Source: the human T2T-CHM13v2.0 reference genome, Homo sapiens. Taken from it: a stretch of 64,000 nucleotides of DNA. How positions within the stretch are numbered: position 1 is the stretch's first letter; each line of letters opens with the position of its first letter. A model generated the notes under the pieces. That model worked only from the letters and a program-made list of their open reading frames with translations, did no database searches and was not told the DNA's origin. Both the position numbers and the translations under genes were made by a program. The stretch lies in NCBI RefSeq assembly GCF_009914755.1, contig NC_060935.1, one strand, 5' to 3'. Positions 54,901 through 64,000 of the stretch are shown here, piece after piece.

Positions 54901-57900
54901 TGAGGATTTTGTTGGAAACGGGATAAACTTCCCAGAACTACACGGAAGCATTGTGAGAAACTTCTTTGTGATGTTTGCATTCAACTCACAGAGTTGAACC
55001 TTGCTTTCATAGTTCAGCTTTCAAACACTCTTTTTGTAGAATCTGCAAGTGGATATTTGGACCACTTTGTGGCCTTCCTTCGAAACGGGTATATCTTCAC
55101 ATCACACCTAGACAGAAGCATTCTCAGAATGTTTCCTGTGATGACTGCATTCAACTCACAGAGGTGAACAATCCTGCTGATGGAGCAGTTTTGAAACTCT
55201 CTTTCTTTGGATTCTGCAAGTGGATATGTGGACCTCTGTGAAGATTTCGTTGGAAACGGGTTCATCTTCACAGAAAAACTAAACAGAAACATTCTCACAA
55301 ACTGCTTTGTGATGTTTGTGTTCCACTTCAGGAATTGAACTTTCCTCTTGACAGAGCAGCTCTGAAACCCTCTTATTCTAGAATCTGCAAGTGGACATTT
55401 GGAGGGCTTTGAGGCCTGTGGTGGAAAAGGAAAATCTTCACATAAAAACTAGATGGAAGCATTCTCAGAAACTACTTTGTGATGATTGCATTCGACTCAC
55501 AGATTTGAACATTCCTATAGATAGAGCAGGTTGTAAACAATCTTTTTGTAGAATCTGCGATTGGAGATTTGGACTGCTTTGAGGCCTACTGTAGTAAAGG
55601 AAATAACTTCATCTAAAAACCAAACGGAAGCATTCACAGACAATTCTTAGTGATCATTGGATTGAACTAACAGAGCTGAACGTTCCTTTAGATGGCGCAG
55701 TTTCCAAACACACTTTCTGTAGAATCTGCAAGTGGATATTTGGACTTCTCTGAGGATTTCGTTGGAAACGGGATAAACTTCCCAGAACTACACGGAAGCA
55801 TTGTGAGAAACTTCTTTGTGATGTTTGCATTCAACTCACAGAGTTGAAACTTGCTTTCATAGTTCAGCTTTCAAACACTCTTTTTGTAGAATCTGCAAGT
55901 GGATATTTGGACCAATTTTGGGCTTCCTTCGAAACGGGTATATCTTCACATCAAACCTAGACAGAAACATTCTCAGAATGTTTCCTGTGATGACTGCATT
56001 CAACTCACAGAGGTGAACAATCCTGCTGATGGAGCAGTTTTGAAACTCTCTTTCTTTGGATTCTGCAAGTGGATATGTGGACCTCTGTGAAGATTTAGTT
56101 GGAAACGTGTTCATCTTCACAGAAAAACTAAACAGGAGCATTCTCAGAAACTGCTTTGTGATGTTTGTGTTCCACTTCAAGAATTGAACTTTCCTCTTGA
56201 CAGAGCAGCTCTGAAACCCTATTTTTCTAGAATATGCAAGTGGACATTTGGAGGGCCTTGAGGCCTGTGGTGGAAAAGGAAAATCTTCACATAAAAACTA
56301 GATGGAAGCATTCTCAGAAACTACTTTGTGATGATTGCATTCGACGCACAGAGTTGAACATTCCTATAGATAGAGCAGGTTGTAAACAATCTTTTTGTAG
56401 AATCTGCGATTGGAGATTTGGACTGCTTTGAGGCCTACTGTAGTAAAGGAAATAACTTCATCTAAAAACCAAACGGAAGCATTCACAGACAATTCTTAGT
56501 GATCATTGCATTGAACTAACAGAGCTGAACATTCCTTTAGATGGAGCAGTTTCCAAACCCACTTTCTGTAGAATCTGCAAGTGGATATTTGGACTTCTCT
56601 GAGGATTTCGTTGGAAACGGGATAAAATTCCCAGAACTACACGGAAGCATTCTGAGAAACTTCTTTGTAATGTTTGCATTCAACTCACAGAGTTGAACCT
56701 TGCTTTCATAGTTCAGCTTTCAAACACTCTTTTTGTACAATCTGCAAGTGGATATTTGGACCACTTTGTGGCCTTCCTTCGAAACGGGTATATCTTCATA
56801 TCAAACCTAGACAGAAGCATTCTCAGAATGTTTCCTGTGATGACTGCATTCAACTCACAGAGGTGAACAATCCTGCTGATGGAGCAGTTTTGAAACTCTC
56901 TTTCTTTGGATTCTGCAAGTGGATATGTGGACCTCTGTGAAGATTTCGTTGGAAACGGGTTCATCTTCACAGAAAAACTAAACAGGAGCATTCTCAGAAA
57001 GTGCTTTGTGATGTTTGTGTTCCACTTCAGGAATTGAACTTTCCTCTTGACAGAGCAGCTCTGAAAACCTCTTTTTCTAGAATCTGCAAGTGGACATTTG
57101 GAGGGCTTTGAGGCCTGTGGTGGAAAAGGAAAATCTTCACATAAAAACTAGATGGAAGCATTCTCAGAAACTACTTTGTGATGATTGCATTCGACTCACA
57201 GAGTTGAACATTCCTATAGATAGAGCAGGTTGTAAACAATCTTTTTGTAGAATCTGCGATTGGAGATTTGGACTGCTTTGAGGCCTACTGTAGTAGAGGA
57301 AATAACTTCATCTAAAAACCAAACGGAAGCACTCACAGACAATTCTTAGTGATCATTGCATTGAACTAACAGAGCTGAACATTCCTTTAGATGGAGCAGT
57401 TTCCAAACACACTTTCTGTAGAATCTGCAAGTGGATATTTGGACTTCTCTGAGGATTTCGTTAGAAACGGGATAAACTTCCCAGAACTACACGGAAGCAT
57501 TCTGAGAAACTTCTTTGTGATGTTTGCATTCAACTCACAGAGTTGAACCTTGCTTTCATAGTTCAGCTTTCAAACACTCTTTTTGTAGAATCTGCAAGTG
57601 GATATTTGGACCACTTTGTGGCCTTCCTTCGAAACGGGTATATCTTCACATCAAACCTAGACAGAAGCATTCTCAGAATGTTTCCTGTGATGACTGCATT
57701 CAACTCACAGAGGTGAACAATCCTGTTGATGGAGCAGTTTTGAAACTCTCTTTCTTTGGATTCTGCAAGTTGATATGTGGACCTCTGTGAAGATTTCGTT
57801 GGAAACGGGTTCATCTTCACAGAAAAACTAAACAGAATCATTCTCAGAAACTGCTTTGTGATGTTTGTGTTCCACTTCAAGAATTGAACTTTCCTCTTGA

Positions 57901-60900
57901 CAGAGCAGCTCTGAAACCCTCTTTTTCTAGAATCTGCAAGTGGACATTTGGAGGGCTTTGAGGTCTGTGGTGGAAAAGGAAAATCTTCACATAAAAACTA
58001 GATGGAAGCATTCTCAGAAACTACTTTGTGATGATTGCATTCGACTCACAGAGTTGAACATTCCTATAGATAGAGCAGGTTGTAAACAATCTTTTTGTAG
58101 AATCTGCGATTGGAGATTTGGACTGCTTTGAGGCCTACTGTAGTAAAGGAAATAACTTCATCTAAAAACCAAACGGAAACATTCACAGACAATTCTTAGT
58201 GATCATTGCATTGAACTAACAGAGCTGAACATTCCTTTAGATGGAGCAGTTTCCAAACACACTTTTTGTAGAATCTGCAAGTGGATATTTGGACTTCTCT
58301 GAGGATTTCGTTGGAAACGGGATAAACTTCCCAGAACTACACGGAAGCATTGTGAGAAACTTCTTTGTGATGTTTGCATTCAACTCACAGAGTTGAACCT
58401 TGCTTTCATAGTTCAGCTTTCAAACACTCTTTTTGTAGAATCTGCAAGTGCATATTTGGACCACTTTGTGGCCTTCCTTCGAAACGGGTATATCTTCACA
58501 TCAAACCTAGACAGAAGCATTCTCAGAATGTTTCCTGTGAAGACTGCATTCAACTCACAGAGATGAACAATCCTGTTGATGGAGCACTTTGGAAACTCTC
58601 TTTCTTGGGATTCTGCAAGTTGATATGTGGACCTCTGTGAAGATTTCTTTGGAAACGTGTTCATCTTCACAGAAAAACTAAACAGAAGCATTCTCAAAAA
58701 CTACTTTGTGATGTTTGTGTTCCACTTCAAGAATTGAACTTTCCTCTTGACAGAGCAGCTCTGAAAACCTCTTTTTCTAGAATCTGCAAGTGGACATTTG
58801 GAGGGCTTTGAGGCCTGTGGTGGAAAAGGAAAATCTTCACATAAAAACTAGATGGAAGCATTCTCAGAAACTACTTTGTGATGATTGCATTCGACTCACA
58901 GAGTTGAACATTCCTATAGATAGAGCAGGTTGTAAACAATCTTTTTGTGGAATCTGCGATTGGAGATTTGGACTGCTTTGAGGCCTACTGTAGTAGAGGA
59001 AATAACTTCATCTAAAAACCAAACGGAAGCATTCACAGACAATTCTTAGTGATCATTGCATTGAACTAACAGAGCTGAACATTCCTTTAGATGGCGCAGT
59101 TTCCAAACACACTTTCTGTAGAATCTGCAAGTGGATATTTGGACCTCTCTGTGGATTTCGTTAGAAACGGGATAAACTTCCCAGAACTACACGGAAGCAT
59201 GCTGAGAAACTTCTTTGTGATGTTTGCATTCAACTCACAGAGTTGAACCTTGCTTTCATAGTTCAGCTTTCAAACACTCTTTTTGTAGAATCTGCAAGTG
59301 GATATTTGGACCACTTTGTGGCCTTCCTTCGAAACGGGTATATCTTCACATCAAACCTAGACAGAAGCATTCTCAGAATGTTTCCTGTGATGACTGCATT
59401 CAACTCACAGAGGTGAACAATCCTGCTGATGGAGCAATTTTGAAACTCTCTTTCTTTGGATTCTGCAAGTGGATATGTGGACCTCTGTGAAGATTTCGTT
59501 GGAAACGGGTTCATCTTCACAGAAAAACTAAACAGAAGCATTCTCAGAAACTGCTTTGTGATGTTTGTGTTCCACTTCAGGAATTGAACTTTCCTCTTGA
59601 CAGAGCAGCTCTGAAACCCTCTTATTCTAGAATCTGCAAGTGGACATTTGGAGGGCTTTGAGGCCTGTGGTGGAAAAGGAAAATCTTCACATAAAAACTA
59701 GATGGAAGCATTCTCAGAAACTACTTTGTGATGATTGCATTCGACTCACAGAGTTGAACATTCCTATAGATAGAGCAGGTTGTAAACAATCTTTTTGTAG
59801 AATCTGCGATTGGAGATTTGGACTGCTTTGAGTCCTACTGTAGTAAAGGAAATAACTTCATCTAAAAACCAAACGGAAGCATTCACAGACAATTCTTAGT
59901 GATCATTGCATTGAACTAACAGAGCTGAACATTCCTTTAGATGGAGCAGTTTCCAAACACACTTTCTGTAGAACCTGCAAGTGGATATTTGGACCTCTCT
60001 GAGGATTTCGTTGGAAACGGGATAAACTTCCCAGAACTACACGGAAGCATTGTGAGAAACTTCTTTGTGATGTTTGCATTCAACTCACAGAGTTGAACCT
60101 TGCTTTCATAGTTCAGCTTTCAAACACTCTTTTTGTAGAATCTGCAAGTGGATATTTGGACCACTTTGTGGCCTTCCTTCGAAAAGGGTATATCTTCACA
60201 TCAAACCTAGACAGAAGCATTCTCAGAATGTTTCCTGTGATGACTGCATTCAACTCACAGAGGTGAACAATCCTGCTGATGGAGCAGTTTTGAAACTCTC
60301 TTTCTTTGCATTCTGCAAGTGGATATGTGGACCTCTGTGAAGATTTCGTTGGAAACGGGTTCATCTTCACAGAAAAACTAAACAGAAACATTCTCACAAA
60401 CTGCTTTGTGATGTTTGTGTTCCACTTCAGGAATTGAACTTTCCTCTTGACAGAGCAGCTCTGAAACCCTCTTATTCTAGAATCTGCAAGTGGACATTTG
60501 GAGGGCTTTGAGGCCTGTAGTGGAAAAGGAAAATCTTCAGATAAAAACTAGATGGAAGCATTCTCAGAAACTACTTTGTGATGATTGCATTCGACTCACA
60601 GAGTTGAACATTCCTATAGATAGAGCAGGTTGTAAACAATCTTTTTGTAGAATCTGCGATTGGAGATTTGGACTGCTTTGAGGCCTACTGTAGTAAAGGA
60701 AATAACTTCATCTAAAAACCAAACGGAAGCATTCACAGACAATTCTTAGTGATCATTGGATTGAACTAACAGAGCTGAACATTCCTTTAGATGGCGCAGT
60801 TTCCAAACACACTTTCTGTAGAATCTGCAAGTGGATATTTGGACTTCTCTGAGGATTTCGTTGGAAACGGGATAAACTTCCCAGAACTACACGGAAGCAT

Positions 60901-61644
60901 TGTGAGAAACTTCTTTGTGATGTTTGCATTCAACTCACAGAGTTGAACCTTGCTTTCATAGTTCAGCTTTCAAACACTCTTTTTGTAGAATCTGCAAGTG
61001 GATATTTGGACCACTTTTTGGGCTTCCTTCTAAACGGGTATATCTTCACATCAAACCTACACAGAAACATTCTCAGAATGTTTCCTGTGATGACTGCATT
61101 CAACTCACAGAGGTGAACAATCCTGCTGATGGAGCAGTTTTGAAACTCTCTTTCTTTGGATTCTGCAAGTGGATATGTGGACCTCTGTGAAGATTTCGTT
61201 GGAAACGGGTTCATCTTCACAGAAAAACTAAACAGGAGCATTCTCAGAAACTGCTTTGTGATGTTTGTGTTCCACTTCAAGAATTGAACTTTCCTCTTGA
61301 CAGAGCAGCTCTGAAACCCTATTTTTCTAGAATATGCAAGTGGACATTTGGAGGGCTTTGAGGCCTGTGGTGGAAAAGGAAAATCTTCACATAAAAACTA
61401 GATGGAAGCATTCTCAGAAACTACTTTGTGATGATTGCATTCGACGCACAGAGTTGAACATTCCTATAGATAGAGCAGGTTGTAAACAATCTTTTTGTAG
61501 AATCTGCGATTGGAGATTTGGACTGCTTTGAGGCCTACTGTAGTAAAGGAAATAACTTCATCTAAAAACCAAACGGAAGCATTCACAGACAATTCTTAGT
61601 GATCATTGCATTGAACTAACAGAGCTGAACATTCCTTTAGATGG
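51932..61644 (+). repeat. Diverged tandem duplication with 6-HOR (5,099-5,100-bp) period
   Basis: Ordered variants recur: aacagaatc 52732/57831, aggtctgtg 52862/57961, agtcctact 54732/59831, gggcttcc 55920/61020, aatatgcaag 56231/61331. Each copy also has private substitutions. Confidence 0.88.
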
Positions 61645-64000
61645 CGCAGTTTCCAAACACACTTTCTGTAGAATCTGCAAGTGGATATTTGGACTTCTCT
61701 GAGGATTTCGTTGGAAACGGGATAAACTTCCCAGAACTACACGGAAGCATTGTGAGAAACTTCTTTGTGATGTTTGCATTCAACTCACAGAGTTGAAACT
61801 TGCTTTCATAGTTCAGCTTTCAAACACTCTTTTTGTAGAATCTGCAAGTGGATATTTGGACCACTTTGTGGCCTTCCTTCGAAACGGGTATATCTTCACA
61901 TCAAACCTAGACATAAGCATTCTCAGAATGTTTCCTGTGAAGACTGCATTCAACTCACAGAGATGAACAATCCTGTTGATGGAGCACTTTGGAAACTCTC
62001 TTTCTTTGGATTCTGCAAGTTGATATGTGGACCTCTGTGAAGATTTCGTTGGAAACGGGTTCATCTTCACAGAAAAACTAAACAGAAGCATTCTCAAAAA
62101 CTACTTTGTGATGTTTGTGTTCCACTTCAAGAATTGAACTTTCCTCTTGACAGAGCAGTTCTGAAAACCTCTTTTTCTAGAATCTGCAAGTGGACATTTG
62201 GAGGGCTTTGAGGCCTGTGGTGGAAAAGGAAAATCTTCACATAAAAACTAGATGGAAGCATTCTCAGAAACTACTTTGTGATGATTGCATTCGACTCACA
62301 GAGTTGAACATTCCTATAGATAGAGCAGGTTGTAAACAATCTTTTTGTAGAATCTGCGATTGGAGATTCGGACTGCTTTGAGGCCTACTGTAGTAAAGGA
62401 AATAACTTCATCTAAAAACCAAACGGAAGCATTCACAGACAATTCTTAGTGATCATTGCATTGAACTAACAGAGCTGAACATTCCTTTACATGGCGCAGT
62501 TTCCAAACACACTTTCTGTAGAATCTGCAAGTGGATATTTGGACCTCTCTGAGGATTTCGTTGGAAACGGGATAAACTTCCCAGAACTACACGGAAGCAT
62601 GCTGAGAAACTTCTTTGTGATGTTTGCATTCAACTCACAGAGTTGAACCTTGCTTTCATAGTTCAGCTTTCAAACACTCTTTTTGTAGAATCTGCAAGTG
62701 GATATTTGGACCACTTTATGGCCTTCCTTCGAAACGGGTATATCTTCACATCAAACCTAGACAGAAGCATTCTCAGAATGTTTCCTGTGAAGACTGCATT
62801 CAACTCACAGAGATGAACAATCCTGTTGATGGAGCACTTTGGAAACTCTCTTTCTTGGGATTCTGCAAGTTGATATGTGGACCTCTGTGAAGATTTCTTT
62901 GGAAACGTGTTCATCTTCACAGAAAAACTAAACAGAAGCATTCTCAAAAACTACTTTGTGATGTTTGTGTTCCACTTCAAGAATTGAACTTTCCTCTTGA
63001 CAGAGCAGCTCTGAAAACCTCTTTTTCTAGAATCTGCAAGTGGACATTTGGAGGGCTTTGAGGCCTGTGGTGGAAAAGGAAAATCTTCACATAAAAACTA
63101 GATGGAAGCATTCTCAGAAACTACTTTGTGATGATTGCATTCGACTCACAGAGTTGAACATTCCTATAGATAGAGCAGGTTGTAAACAATCTTTTTGTAG
63201 AATCTGCGATTGGAGATTTGGACTGCTTTGAGGCCTACTGTAGTAGAGGAAATAACTTCATCTAAAAACCAAACGGAAGCATTCACAGACAATTCTTAGT
63301 GATCATTGCATTGAACTAACAGAGCTGAACATTCCTTTAGATGGCGCAGTTTCCAAACACACTTTCTGTAGAATCTGCAAGTGGATATTTGGACCTCTCT
63401 GAGGATTTCGTTAGAAACGGGATAAACTTCCCAGAACTACACGGAAGCATGCTGAGAAACTTCTTTGTGATGTTTGCATTCAACTCACAGAGTTGAACCT
63501 TGCTTTCATAGTTCAGCTTTCAAACACTCTTTTTGTAGAATCTGCAAGTGGATATTTGGACCACTTTGTGGCCTTCCGTCGAAACGGGTATATCTTCACA
63601 TCAAACCTAGACAGAAGCATTCTCAGAATGTTTCCTGTGATGACTGCATTCAACTCACAGAGGTGAACAATCCTGCTGATGGAGCAGTTTTGAAACTCTC
63701 TTTCTTTGGATTCTGCAAGTGGATATGTGGACCTCTGTGAAGATTTCGTTGGAAACGGGTTCATCTTCACAGAAAAACTAAACAGAAACATTCTCACAAA
63801 CTGCTTTGTGATGTTTGTGTTCCACTTCAGGAATTGAACTTTCCTCTTGAAAGAGCAGCTCTAAAACCCTCTTATTCTAGAATCTGCAAGTGGACATTTG
63901 GAGGGCTTTGAGGCCTGTGGTGGAAAAGGAAAATCTTCACATAAAAACTAGATGGAAGCATTCTCAGAAACTACTTTGTGATGATTGCATTCGACTCACA

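Larger units (their letters stand above)
1..64000 (+). repeat. D11Z1: Alpha-satellite higher-order repeat array, 850-bp pentameric HOR (SF3, W1-W5), most likely human chromosome 11 centromeric D11Z1
   Basis: Seen: exact 850-bp periodicity (ORF starts 141, 991, 1841 and so on), ~171-bp internal monomers with canonical alphoid motifs (cattctcagaaact, gcattcaactcacagagttgaac, tgtagaatctgcaagtggatattt), and copies differing by only a few substitutions. Established: a ~0.85-kb 5-monomer XbaI HOR of the pentameric family (chr 1, 11, 17, X) is characteristic of D11Z1. The alpha-satellite call is near certain; the chromosome assignment is from recall, not a search. Confidence 0.93.

Noticed and set aside
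63573-63589. Possible reactivation of the degenerate box (CTTCCGTCGAAACGGGT)
   Set aside because: The new G is at position 6; essential position 5 is still C.
141-63797. Recurrent 63-107-aa ORFs on both strands (MDIWRAL..., MHSTHRV..., MLLFSFS...)
   Set aside because: They repeat with the 850-bp period, overlap each other, mostly use non-ATG starts, resemble no protein family I recognise, and are freely broken by stops and start losses. They are chance open frames of satellite DNA.
1-64000. CRISPR-like or repeat-spacer array, or a diversity-generating cassette system
   Set aside because: There are no unique spacers, leader, cas, recombinase or reverse transcriptase genes; the entire unit is repeated and variation is limited to point changes.
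1-64000. Transposon insertion, inversion or truncated (non-5-mer) HOR
   Set aside because: The register is unbroken apart from one base at ~55917, with no foreign sequence, poly-A tail, target-site duplication or strand switch seen.
1-64000. Location of the active kinetochore (CENP-A domain or methylation dip) or of satellite ncRNA transcription
   Set aside because: These are epigenetic or expression properties that cannot be read from sequence; high homogeneity and intact boxes show only that this is a live-type array.
1-64000. Assignment to DXZ1, D17Z1 or D1Z5
   Set aside because: These share the pentameric ancestry but have longer HORs (12-, 16- and 11-mers); here adjacent pentamers are already near-identical.

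Overview
The whole 64-kb window is one uninterrupted, single-orientation array of primate centromeric alpha-satellite DNA. It holds about 75.3 copies of an 850-bp higher-order repeat (HOR) made of five ~170-bp monomers (170+171+168+170+171 bp). Three monomers are B-type (two with intact CENP-B boxes, one with a fixed broken box) and two are A-type, and the typical HOR has one XbaI site. This fits the suprachromosomal family 3 (W1-W5) pentamer and most likely the live array of human chromosome 11 (D11Z1). There are no genes, RNA genes, transposons or CRISPR arrays; every listed ORF is a by-product of the repeat. I found no new biological system. The information lies in the point variants that distinguish HOR copies, which show nested 'HOR-of-HOR' duplications: an apparently perfect 15-HOR (12,750-bp) tandem duplication, a ~30-HOR ancestral period, 4-HOR and 6-HOR blocks, and chimeric HORs at recombination junctions. 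There is also a single 1-bp indel, about 14 disrupted CENP-B boxes and several adjacent double substitutions. All comparisons were made by eye and from the ORF track, not by alignment software.
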